DNA of 64,000 nt from Spizellomyces punctatus DAOM BR117 (lineage: Eukaryota), in assembly GCA_000182565.2 (NCBI GenBank), contig KQ257468.1. One strand, 5' to 3'. Below, in pieces: positions 49,542 to 62,146 of this stretch. The first letter of the stretch is position 1. The number at the start of each line of letters is the position of its first letter. Position numbers and translations under genes: made by a program. The notes beneath the pieces were generated by a model, which saw only the letters and a program-made list of their open reading frames with translations, was not told where the DNA came from and made no database searches.

Positions 49542-50834
49542 CTACCAGTATCGATTCATGATGGCTAGGGCTCCTATTCGACCCAAAAAGCCTGCTGCAT
49601 TCGCCTGAGTAGTAAAAAATATTAATTTATGCTGCCAAGAAAACACAGTGAACACCAAAACTTACCGGAATTAATCGCAGCAGCGCTGGCGTGGTTCCTC
49701 TGAACAAAGCACCTACACCCTCCTGGCGTAGAATGCGAATTGCCGCGTCGGAAAAGCCGTTATAGGTACCAGGTGGGGATGACTGGATGCGAGATTTTAT
49801 CACGTCTGGAGGCTGCAGAACGAGGTGAATAGAGCAATTCTGCGAGTAAAAAAAGATATGACGGATAAACTTACAATCGCCAATGCCCATAGCGATCCAC
49901 CTCCAAGAACTGACAAAGAGGGAGTTTAGGTTCACGCACGCGTTACGGAGGCAGGCATTGATTATACCTGCAGTAAGCACAGCTATATAAAGATCTCGAG
50001 GATTCTTTTCTTCACCTGCCACCGCCCGATGGACAACCTCATATGCCACAAAATACGCCGCAAATCCAGGCACATCCCTAGCCAACGTTGCCCACGTCCC
50101 TCTATAAAGAGCTCTCAGTCCACCTTCACGAAGGAGTTCTCTGGTCGCGTTCCATATCCCGTATGTACGCTGATATTTCTGTGTAGGTGCGTGATGGTCT
50201 TGTGTTTGCATTGTAACCTTGATCTGTTCGGTTGGGACCGTGACGATACTCGAAGGGATAGCGGCCAAAGCACCTGCAAAGGCCGATTGGGAGACGCTCA
50301 ATTCTGGTAAAGATGTTGACGACGGCGCATACATCAAGTGACAACCAATATCATACGCCTAATGAAGTCGAGCATGATGAGGGCTCTTCCATGCTAGTGC
50401 AGCACTTGTGCTTCATCACCACATTATTACCCAGAATCTCAACGCATACCGCGGTGTGACACCAAGTAGTGGAGATCCCATGCCTCTGTAAAGCCCCCTA
50501 AACCCATGTCTTTGGATGGTTGTCTTGAAGCAGGCGGTCATTGACAAGTCCGTACGACATTTTTGCGTTTGCAACCGGACCTTGATCGTGTCGAACGGAT
50601 GCTAGAAAGCGTATTTCAATTCTTCATCAGATAAAGGGTCGTATTCGAGAACTTCATACAACTCGATAGACCAAAACATACACCTGCAACGACGGTTGCG
50701 GCGCCCGCTACAGCGCCAGATATAACACTCTTTGCTTGATCATATAATGCACCATCATGCTGCGTGTGATGTTCTTCATCGTTTTGTGAGCGGAATGAGG
50801 GCACAGATATCAAGTCCTGAAAGTTGTTGTACAT
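49542..50834 (-). CDS. CRC1: Mitochondrial carrier, carnitine/acylcarnitine translocase-like (SLC25A20); multi-exon
   Basis: Three carrier signatures HPFDTIKVRLQ, VPTEQIKVTMQ and PPDVIKSRIQ. GLYRGMGSPLLGVTP, TLARDVPG and LLRLIPANA are typical of the carnitine subfamily. Confidence 0.8.
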
Positions 50835-51565
50835 GCTCGCAGGAAGATGGGCGACTGCGAGATAGACCAGCGGCCTTTTGGCTTACTTGAGTCAGTTACG
50901 TCACAACTTTTGTTGCCATGTCAACATGCACATGCCTCTTGCTGGTAGTTATCATAAAATGTACAAAATAACCAAATGTAAACCATACTTCAACCTAATT
51001 GGAAGATGATTTAAATTAAGTATAATATACAGACATGGTAAGTGATATCAAGTGTGTGGTTACTTTTCACATAAAGAGGAACGTCAGCTGGGTTCGAAAG
51101 GACCTTGTAGATTGCAAGGTTTATGAAAATAATTGGGTGAAATGCAAGAATTGTGCGTAAGGATCCCACCTTCGCAGCGTAGCTTATTCATTTAGGGTTA
51201 TGAGCTTACGCCGATAATCTATAGTTATTCATCACAGAGCGTGATAAATTTGGTGATACTATCCGCCCGTATATCACTTGCACAATTATTATTTTAGGCA
51301 AGACTGTAATTCTTGTAGAACTTTAAGCCTGTGTTTTTGCAGTAGATCCTTAGAGTATTTCTTGGTACGGTAGTTGTGCATTGTTAGCTTCTGGATTTCT
51401 ACTATCTTTAGGTTACCACCCTTTTATTTTACAATAGTTGGAACATCAATGCCACGTTTGAAAAAGAATCGTATCAAAGAAAAATTGGAACTAACATTTT
51501 GTATGCTCAGGAAAATGTACAGTATGTTAAACAAAGCAATGTCATGGAAGAGCCACTCTAGTTCT

Positions 51566-53611
51566 TTACAACGGAATGTTGCCGTGTTTCTTCTTGGGGT
51601 TCTCCCTCTGCTTTGTTTTCAACATCTTTAGGTCCTCAACAATGCGGCGACGAGTCGTAGAAGGAAGAATAACGTCGTCGAGAAAACCGCGCTGGGCGGC
51701 GGGGAGCGGGTTTGCAAACTTGGCCACGTCTAGGGGGATGAACTTTAGAAACCGGCAATATCAACATCAAACAGTCAAGCCTACGTACATTCAGCCTCCG
51801 CTTGTGCTGGGTAACAAGAGAAAAGTCTATTAGCAGTGAATTCATCAATGAATCATATCCCGACAATATACGCACTCTTATCTTTGACATTTCTGAAAAT
51901 AATCTCAACGGCGCCCTTCGCGCCCATGACAGCAATCTCTCCACTGGGCCAGGAGTAGTTCAAATCCCCTCTTAAATGCTTGGAACTGAAACACAATCAC
52001 ATCAGCATACACAATAGGTTACTGGAAAAAGAAAACTGTCACCTCATGACATCGTAGGCGCCACCGTATGCTTTTCGTGTAATAATTGTAATCTTGGGAA
52101 CAGTCGCCTCAGCATAGGCATAGAGAAGTTTCGCCCCGTTACGGATAATGCCACCGTGCTCCTGGGCAGTTCCTGGCAGAAAGCCGGGCACATCGACGAA
52201 AGTCAACAGAGGTATATTGAAAGCGTCGCAGAATCGAACCCAACGGGCGGCCTTCACGGAGGCATTGATGTCTAATACACCAGACGATACCAAAGGCTGG
52301 TTCGCAATGATAGACACCGTCTGCCCTCCCATACGGGCAAATCCGATCACAATATTCTTCGCAAAATCAGGCATTATCTCGTAGAAGGTTCCGTCATCCA
52401 CTATTCGACCAATAACATCCTTCATATCATAAGCCTTGCTCGAGTCAACAGGAATGATAGTGTCGAGAGCTGCATCCGCGCGGTTGATGTTGTCCTCAGT
52501 CGGTCGGACTGGGACGTCATGACGATTAGACAAAGGTAGAAAATCTACGAATTCTCTCAGTCGCGACAGAGCTTCAATATCATTGTCAAAGGCAAGATGG
52601 GCGACACCAGATTTTGTGGTGTGCGGCTTGGCACCACCAAGCTCTTCTTGGGTCACGTTTTCGTTTGTTACGGCCTTGACGACTTCAGGGCCCGTAACGA
52701 ACAAGTAAGACGTGTCGCGTACCATAAAAGTGAAGTCCGTAAGGGCAGGGGAGTAGACGGCTCCTCCAGCGCACGGACCCATGATAAGCGAAATCTGCGG
52801 GACAACACCCGACGCCAGCACATTGCGCTGGAAAATGTCCGCATAACCACCGAGCGAGTCGACACCTTCTTGAATACGAGCACCGCCAGAGTCGTTCAAG
52901 CCAATTACAGGGGCGCCGACCATCAAAGCCTGATCCATGATCTTGCAAATTTTTTGGGCATGCATTTTTGACAAACTTCCTCCAAACGCTGTGAAATCTT
53001 GGCTGAAGACGTAGACCAGACGTCCATTGATTGTGCCGTGACCCGTCACTACACCATCTCCCGTTATCTATTTCAGAATTGAGGATTCAATAGGGAGCGC
53101 ACAAGAGATGGCGTACTGGTCGCAGCACTACCTTCTGTTTCTCCATCCCAAAGTCCACACACTGATGCTCAACAAAAGTGTCGTATTCGCGGAAGGAACC
53201 ATTATCCAAAAGGAGGTCAATTCGCTCCCGGGCCGTTAGTTTCCCCTGTAGAGAGACGAGGTCCAAAACCAGAGTTAGTGACAAGTTCACGGGTCCAGTC
53301 AAGTGTGACTGCTTATTACCTTTGCATGCTGGGTATCTATCCTCTTTTGCCCCCCGCCAAGTCTTGCTTCAGCGCGTTTCTCCTCCATCTTGCGAATCAT
53401 GGCCTATTTTCCTGTTAGCATTCGCAGCGGGTGTGCTAATGCGTTGTCCGATGGAACATACCGTTTCGCCTGACGTGACAGTTGCGGCCGCAGCTGTAGC
53501 CAGAGTGCGTGCCTGCATAACCGTGGCCCTTCCAACGCCAAAGAGATTTCGGGCTCCATACTGTGTGGCTCGCAGGCTTGCCCGCGAAATAGTGGCCATG
53601 TTGAGATGCAT
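51566..53611 (-). CDS. PCCB: Propionyl-CoA carboxylase beta (carboxyltransferase) subunit, mitochondrial; multi-exon
   Basis: Presequence [106 protein letters not shown] and the end KKHGNIPL. Start is 53611 or 53599. Confidence 0.94.
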
Positions 53612-53948
53612 CTTGTAGATCGCAATAATACGCAGTAATGGGGAATTCGGGATAATGCAGAGGAAGGTCACTTATCGGAAACCTACGGGAGCCTTCTTGA
53701 ACACAGTCCGATACAAAGTAGCTCTGTAGTAGGCGTCCACCTCTTGGCGTACACCAACTGTGTCCTCCACCACTTTGCTTGGTTTGTCGTTGCCGTCCGC
53801 TCGGCTTACAGCACCAATGCGACTGTGCCACAAAACTACACACAGTCACAGTGAACAGTTCCGTTGTCAATGGCAACTGTCTGATTCAACAGTTCACGAT
53901 TTAATTTGAAGTTGGTCCCAGCCTCGCGATCAACCAAATACTGCCACC

Positions 53949-55680
53949 ATGGCCATGAAGCTAACTCCGACAACCAAGAAGGTCTTGGTCGATGGTATGC
54001 TTGCAAAGACTTGAGGAGCATTCTTCTGTCGCTTAGGGTGGAGTGGAATAGTTTTGGATAGAAGTCGCTGATCTCTCGGTTGTTCCGCACTAGTGTCCAT
54101 ATTTGCGTTATCGCAAGTGGTGCTATACTTTGGGTAATTAACTGGTTAGCTACTCTTAATTTTGGTCTCTCTTATAACTTTATATATATACCATAGCGTC
54201 AAATGGGTCCTTTCTTCACTGGATCCTTTCAAGAAGAAGAAGGAGGAGGCAAAGGCAAAGAGCAACCGAGTGCTTGGGAAGCTGGGTGTATGTTGACTGC
54301 GGCGCACTATGCATGACGGAGACGTGCAATTCTTGAGCTGACTCCGATTACTAGATCCGCGACCTTAAGTTGACAGAACATGAGGAAATTATTGCCGCAG
54401 AAGTTGTATACCCTGAAGACATACCTGTCCGCTTCACAGGTTGGTATTCAACCTCGTGGCAATTTCATTACTGGCTTATTGAGTGTCTATCATTCAGATA
54501 TTGGCGGATTGGATAATATTGTCAAGTCATTGAAGGAGTCCGTAATCTACCCATTATGTTATCCACAGCTGTTCAGTTCGGCATCAGGGTTACTGGGAGC
54601 CCCGAAAGGAGTGTTGCTCCACGGACCACCAGGTAACCTCTTCCTTTCCGAGCTAATAGCGATATGATGGATCTTAACTTGCGCCTTACGTAGGGTGTGG
54701 CAAGACAATGCTAGCCAAGGCGCTTGCAAAGGAGTCAGGGGCAACATTTATCAACCTTCACGTATCTACCTTGATGGAGAAATGGGTATGACGTCCATAC
54801 TCTCGATGGAATACTGCAAATTTTCTAGATTCACTGATCTTTCCTTATTAGTTTGGCGAATCGCAAAAGCTGGTGTCAGCAGTTTTCACACTTGCTCATA
54901 AACTGCAACCGTGCATCATTTTCATTGATGAGATTGACTCATTCCTGCGGGAACGGAAGAGCCAAGATCACGAAGTGACAGCGATGATGAAGGCAGAGTT
55001 TATGACGTATGTGATCATATACTACTTTTGAGCGAGAAAGAAGCCTAGAATGAAACCAGTCTTGTCTAGGTTATGGGACGGTCTTGCCACGGGAGACATG
55101 CGTGTGTTGGTAAGCATCATAAGGATGACATTAATACGTGGGGACTGTGTGGCCGAACCTTATACCGCCATTTCAGGTCCTAGGGGCAACAAATAGACCG
55201 GGTGACATTGATCAAGCGATTCTTAGAAGGATGCCAAAACGCTTTGAAATCAAACTACCTGACGCAGAGCAGCGTAAACGAGTTCTCAGTCTGGTACGTA
55301 ACGTTGATGTGGTCATTGTCATGTGCCATATTGAACCTAAGTTTCGTTCAGCTTTTGCGTGGAGCCAATCTGGAACCTGGCTTTGACTTGAGAGAGTTGG
55401 TTATTAGAACAGCGGGATATTCTGGAAGTGATCTAAAAGAGCTATGTCGAAATGCAGCAATGATGCCTGTTCGGGAAGCAATTCGAGAGTATGATGGAAT
55501 GTTACATGAGGTGGACATTAGTGTACGTCGAAATGCTACGGTGGATCCTCTTCACAATTCTCATCTGCCTTCACTCTGTAGGAGGTACATATTCGACCAC
55601 TGAAGATTGATGATTTCTTTACTTTGAATGGCATGCATGTTGGGGATGGAACATTAGCAGAAGTTGTTGACCTGGATTGA
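53949..55680 (+). CDS. MSP1: Outer-membrane AAA ATPase Msp1/ATAD1; multi-exon
   Basis: N-terminal [74 protein letters not shown] and GATNRP. Start context is GCCACCATGG. Confidence 0.94.
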
Positions 55681-56199
55681 TAGCTTATTGTACTGGTTTT
55701 GGTGTCCTCTAGTTGTTGGCTCATACTTCTCCTTTACTTATATAGAATGATTTGTATAGTAATGTTTATTTTCATGCTTTGAAAAACATGCTCAATTTGA
55801 TGTTTTCGCCTGATTTGCCCAACCTTGAGCCAAGTCACCGGGCCGGTTCTTGTTGTATGCGCACAACACGGGCAAGTGGACACCAAGCTGCCAAGCTTTT
55901 GGGACTTACTTTCCTTGTTTTTCCGATACAAGGCTTTTGACTTGCATCTGGCGTGGGGTGTTGGAAAGGGCACCGCTAACAAGAAACGATCGCGCGTCTT
56001 TGGCTGCATCAAGTTGCATTGGGACTTTGCACCCACCAACCCGAATCTACCTGTAACATTTGCATTTTGCGCCACTAGTTATTGTATATATCCGGTAAGG
56101 GCTGCGAGCTTGCACAAAGGAGATAAGGAGAAGCCACCACAGGAGACTTGGTAGGCAATTGAAGGCGGCTTATTGAACCTATTTGTCTCAATTCCAGCT

Positions 56200-59180
56200 A
56201 TGCTTGGCCAACTGCGTTCCCACTTGCAACACACCCTGTCGCCTTCGACACCTAGGGCTCTTTGGGCACAATGCACGCTCCACAGCAGACGAACATCTAT
56301 GAGGGCTCTTGCTACGTCTACGGATTATGGAAAGGTAATCTGCATTTTGCGTGGCGGCCATTAAGCAAGCTGGGCCTGACGAGTTACTCGTGCTGGGAAC
56401 AGACTTTTGACAAGATCCTGATTGCCAACCGTGGTGAAATTGCCTGTCGTGTCATCAAAACAGGTCTGAGGGGCGCTTAGTGAGGATGTTGTGGGGACGT
56501 TTACTGATGCGGCTGGATTGGTTTATTTTAGCCAGAAAAATGGGCATCAAGACTGTTGCGATTTACTCGGACGCTGATGCAAACTCGCTCCACGTGCGAA
56601 TGGCCGATGAGGCTGTACATGTCGTAAGTCGTCTCTGTTTATGCTCGTAACGGTTACATGCCAGCTGAGCAAAAGTAAATCAGGGACCACCGGCCACAAG
56701 CAAGAGTTACCTGAACATTCCAAATATCATTGGGGCCATCAAACAAACTGGGGCACAAGCTGTTCATCCAGGTATGTTCGCGCACCGCGGTACATTGTAG
56801 CATCCTGAATGAGAAGCATGACAGTGTGCCCACACCAGGATACGGTTTTCTGTCCGAAAACAGTCACTTTGTGCATGCTCTCGATGAAATCGGCTGCACG
56901 TTCATTGGACCCAACGAAAAGGCCATGGCTGCCATGGGGGACAAGATTCAGAGTAAGATTTTTGCCCACGAAGCCAGGGTGAGCACCATTCCTGGATTCA
57001 ATGGTGTTGTGCAGAATGCGGACCATGCGGTTGAAATTGGTAAGATAGATGATTTAGGTGGCATTTGTCCGATTCGGTGTGATGACTTCTGAACCTTCTA
57101 GCGAAATCTATCGGATACCCTGTGATGATTAAGGTATGTTATGGAATTGACTAATACATTCGGAGCTCATTTAGGACTGACCTTGACTATCTGTCACCTT
57201 GTCCAGGCTTCAGCAGGCGGTGGTGGGAAAGGAATGCGAATCGCTTGGTAGGGCTTTACATGGGTCAATGTTCTCCTTCCGCAATTTTATTGATTCGAAT
57301 TTTGTTGTCCAAAGGAACGACCAAGAAGCTCGCGATGCGTTCAAAATTTCTTCCTCGGAAGCATTGTCTAGCTTTGGAGATGACCGATTGCTGGTGGAAA
57401 AGTTTGTTGAGCATCCGCGTCATATTGAGATTCAGTTGATTGGAGACAAGCACGGCAACGTGGTAAGTCAAGGCATCAAGCCCATTTCACATGTAACTCT
57501 CTATTTATTTATATATGTGCTGGTCAGATATATTTGCCGGAGCGTGAATGTTCCATTCAGCGACGTAATCAGAAGGTCATTGAAGAGGCACCTAGTGTTC
57601 ATATTGACCAAGCCACCCGGAAAGCCATGGGAGAACAGGCTGTTGCTCTCGCGAAAGCTGTAGGATACTATTCTGCCGGTGGGTTGCTATAAAGAAAGGA
57701 GGGTCTGTAGTTGCATTTGGTCATTAACCGTCTCACTGATTGGGGGAAATGCAGGGACTTGCGAATTTCTGGTGGATCCAAAACGGAACTTTTACTTCCT
57801 TGAGATGAATACTCGATTGCAGGTGTACGTTCTAGTCTTTGCTGAGAACTTGGAGTTAACCTGCGGTCTCAACTGATTGGATTTCCTCAGGGAGCACCCG
57901 ATTACCGAATACATTACCGGTTTGGATCTTGTCGAGCAGATGATTCGGGTGGCTGCGGGTCAGCAACTCGGCTTCAAGCAATCTGATGTTAAAATCAACG
58001 GATGGGCCTTTGAGTCTCGAGTGTATGCTGAGGATCCCGAGAAATACCTTCCCTCTATCGGAACCCTCAACAAGTACATTGAACCAAAGGGGAAAGGAGA
58101 TGAAGTTCGTTGTGATTCAGGAATCATTGAAGGGTCTGAAATCTCGATTTACTATGATCCGCTGATCTGCAAACTGTGCACACATGGAGCGACTCGAGAT
58201 GAGGCCATGAAAAATATGGAGAAGGCACTGGACGAGTATGTGATCAAAGGTGGGGCCGAGTTGTCAGTGTAGGAAATACAACAGCTATGTTCATACGTGA
58301 GACTCTCCGTAGGTGTCACACACAACATTCCCTTGCTTCGCGACGTGATTAGCCATCCCCGTTTTGTACAAGGCAAGCTTTCTACAGCTTTCCTGGCCGA
58401 AGAGTATCCTAAAGGGTTCAAGGGTCACCGATTGACGGAGCAGACCCGGGAGGAACTCGTTGCCGCTGCAGCGTTGGCGCATGCGAAGCGAGACTTGCGC
58501 AACCGGACGTGGGTTAGTGGAGGAGGACCGTTGACTGAGGGTGCCCCACAGCGGGATCAGTGGGACTTGTTTGTCGGTGTTGGTGCGGACGCGCCTGTAC
58601 CGGTTACGTTGAAAAGAAACGGGGATGGCTCTTTCTTGGTAGGTCATCCGAAATCGCCGCCAGCTGCGGGATTCGAGTTTATACTTGTTTTCTGTTTTAG
58701 GTGGACATTGACGGCAAACCTGTAACGATTTCTGCGGACTGGCCTTTGGAGAGTCCTATATTGAGAGCAGCTCTCAAAACCCCAGAAGGAACAAGCCGAA
58801 CCGCCACACTCCAATATCTTGAGTCGCACCCTCTTGGCTATAAACTAGCCCACCATGGGACCAAATTCGACGTTGTCGTGCACACCGCACTCCAAAATGC
58901 GCTCTCAAAACATATGAAGGAGAAACCTAAGTTGGATTTGACCCGCATGATTCTCGCTCCTATGCCTGGTTCCGTCGTATCCGTTGCTGTCAAAGAAGGA
59001 GATACCGTAGCAGAAGGTGCCGAATTGGCTGTGGTTGAGGCAATGAAGATGCAGAACGTGCTGCGGGCACCTAGAGTGGGTAAAATCAGTAAAGTGTTTG
59101 TACAGGCCGGCCAGAGTGTTGCTGGGGACGAGGTTATGATCGAATTCTTTGGCGAGGAGGAGGTGAAGAAGGCAGCGTAG
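56200..59180 (+). CDS. PCCA: Propionyl-CoA carboxylase alpha (biotin carboxylase + biotin carrier) subunit, mitochondrial; multi-exon
   Basis: Presequence; [73 protein letters not shown]-like segment, [10 protein letters not shown] and the biotin site EAMKMQN typical of PCCA. Confidence 0.92.
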
Positions 59181-59293
59181 ATTATTGCACCCATGTAGGA
59201 CATGAGTCAGAATTATTACAATAAAGCACATATGAATTTACATTGCCAGGGCACCGCCATGGCGATGAGTTTCTTTGCATCTATTCCCAGTAA

Positions 59294-61516
59294 TTACACT
59301 CTGTTCATAAATAAAGAAACCTTTTGCGACACCATTCCGCCCTGATTCAACCCTCCAAGAACAACAAATTCGAATGCGTTTACTCCATTCTCCAACCCCA
59401 CCAGACAGTCAAACACCGTTGCGCCCCCCATTTTGAACGCCAACGTCTTGGTTCTCATTCCGCGGTCACCTGGAAGCATCGTTTGCGTTCCTGTAATGGT
59501 ATATGATACTTGGTTAGACGATAATAGGAGAAGCCGAAGGTTTAGAGAGCGGACTTGTTGTGGGACCGTCATGGCGTGGGAGGTTTGGGTTGGAGTGGGG
59601 ATCGGGAGGATCATTCGGATATGATCGTCATTTGAGACGATGCCAAGAGATGTGACGAGGGAACGGGCAGGTGTGGCGTTGGATGCTGCTTCTGGACGGT
59701 TTGAGGACGTGGGGGTCGTGGCTGTTGTCGAAGGAGCTTTACTATTTGCATTGTTCCCTTCTCCTTCGTCTCCAGATGAAATGGCTTCAACATCGATAAA
59801 TGATTCTGGGTCGCCTATCCTCTCCTGTCCATTGACGAGTCTTTTCTGTTTTACTTCTTCAACTTTGGAAATCACTTCTTGCTCGGCATTCACGTTGGAA
59901 CGAGCAGGTGGAATCTTGATCTTCACTTTGGTCGCGTCCGGTATCTCAGACTGCTGTTCAGAGGGATGATCGGACTGCAGCACCAATCGGACGGCAGGGA
60001 GCGCCCCCTTACGACTCTTCTTTTGCACATCACTGACAGAAGAATCCTCCGCATCCTCCTCGATGACTTTGTTATGCGCTGTACCATTTGTTTTACTGGT
60101 CTGTTGTTGAGATCGTAACTATGTTAATTTTCCATCGTGTGGTATCCGGCGCAATCATTATTGCAAATTTACCTTTGACAAAAGCTTTGTCCATCCCGGC
60201 ACATCTGGATCAGCCACCATATCGAATGCTGTTTGTCCCCCAATATTCTCAAACTCTGTGTCGGCGTTGTAACTTTCCACCAGTAGCTGGCACATTTCTA
60301 GATTTCCCCCATATGCTGCCCACCCAAGCGGTTTCTGGCAGAATTTATTTGGCATCAGTATCAGGCTAACGAGAAAATGCACATATTCACACATACTGAT
60401 TGATACCACGTATCTGAGAGCTCGACATCAGCACCATGGTCGATCAATTGCGTGGCAATGTCACACCGTCCAAAATAGGCGGCAGCGTGTAATGGCGCCC
60501 AGGTGAATTTTGCACCAAATAGGTTTGCTTCAGTGAGCGTGTTTACATCGAGACCTTTGGCTAGAAGTCCTTTAACGGTTTTCAAGTCATCCATTTCAAT
60601 GGCCGAGATTAGTGCATCAAGATCTGCTATGAGAACATGAGTTTGCCAAATCCTCACGTAACATTTGGCCCGAGAACATATGCGCACCTTTTCCCGAATG
60701 GGCCTTCTTTGCGGTACTTTTCATGTTCTTTCTGCCAGCGTTTTCCTTTCCTTCAGCTACCTGTTGTAGCTCATCAATTAACCCCTCTTCTTTGACGTTC
60801 TCCAGCTCAGTTCTGAATCGCTGCAGCAGAAAAACAGCGTCCTTGTATATCCTTGACTGAGGTTGGTTATACTTTTTGGCATTTTCAAACACGAGTTCAA
60901 CGTCTGTTCGAAATGACTGGATGGACTTGTACTTGTTATGGTCCAACCTAGCCTATGATTCCGGAAGGTTGAATGAAGAACAACGCAAAGAGAGAAATAT
61001 GAAATATGTGGGCGTACCTGTATGCTATTCATGGCGATTGGCTTTGCGATAACCTCGTCATAATCCGGAAATTGAGTTCGTGGAGGAAGCTGAAGGTATG
61101 GTTCGGCTAACAGTCTTCCGCTGATAGCACCAACAAAAGGTACCCGTACTGTCAATAAAGAGGCACCAGAGTCTTCGGCAACAACAACAAAAGCCCTACC
61201 TGTCGTCTTTATAATATCGAACGACATCAAATAAGCGTCTACAGATACCCTGAATGTCTGATCCATTTGCAACTAAAGCGCCATCCACACTCGCTTCATG
61301 ATCGATCTTTTGAAAAACGCCATCCTTTGTTTAACAAGCACGGAAGGAGACACTTGTAAAATTACCTCCCGCACCGACCTTGTTTCCCATTCTTGCCTTC
61401 TTCGATCTCTGCCCTGGTTCCGGTGTTGCGCCAGGTGTAACACTTCGTATTGAACGACTTTCGATTGGAGCAGGTGAAGGATCACTCAATGCGGCACGCT
61501 TTCGCTTCGTAGACAT
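59294..61516 (-). CDS. Bromodomain (polybromo/RSC-like) + ankyrin-repeat protein with C-terminal beta-rich (Rsc4 Ig-like?) domain; multi-exon
   Basis: NLS-like MSTKRKR; bromodomain GRLLAEPYLQLP...PDYDEVIAKPI...FENAKKYNQPQSRIYKDA; ankyrin motifs APLHAAAYFG and KPLGWAAYGGNLEMCQLLV; terminal LENGVNAFEFVV...KVSLFMNRV. Confidence 0.82.
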
Positions 61517-62146
61517 TGTGTGGGAAAAGGTGGACACGCGGGGGATAGCGTTAGGCGCGTAGAGGTTTACTCCAGTGTTGATGTTGCTAATGAGAGTGAC
61601 GAGACCGTGTGTATTTATTTCAAGGGTGTGTCGGTGGAAGGATAAAACGATAGCAAGCGTCGCATGAGTCGTAATGGTCGCAAAGCCTCTGTCCCGTCTG
61701 AATTGAACAGCGCTACAATAGAGGTTCCAAGGGGGGTATACCAAACGTTGACCTTCCGACCTAACCTCTTCCCGTTCGCCAAGATGCAAGATTGTCGGTA
61801 ATAACAACGATTGCGAGCCTCGGACACATATTTGGGGAGCGGGTTTGAGGATCTTGCTTTGGGGGGCATTTGTTGTGGCACAGTGATTGTGCGTATAGTG
61901 GTTTCCAAGACAACTGTAGTGGTGAAATTGAGAGGCAAATTCTCACGAGTGGGAATTTTACGCACAAATTCCCACGCAGAAGCTTTCGAGCACAAGAATG
62001 ATGAAAAGTAAGGGGGGCTGGTTTGCCTCGCCTTGTGGGCGGTTTTCCCACCCAGCCATTTCTTGACAATTTAGAATTCATTTGTTTTTGGAATCTGACC
62101 TGCTGGAAAAGCAGATTGGAAAGCACGTAGAGGGTAATTTGTCACA

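Noticed and set aside
51038-51281. 11-bp imperfect inverted repeat and B-box-like GGTTCGAAA in the CRC1-PCCB gap (MITE or tRNA?)
   Set aside because: No target-site duplication, no cloverleaf and no second copy in the window.
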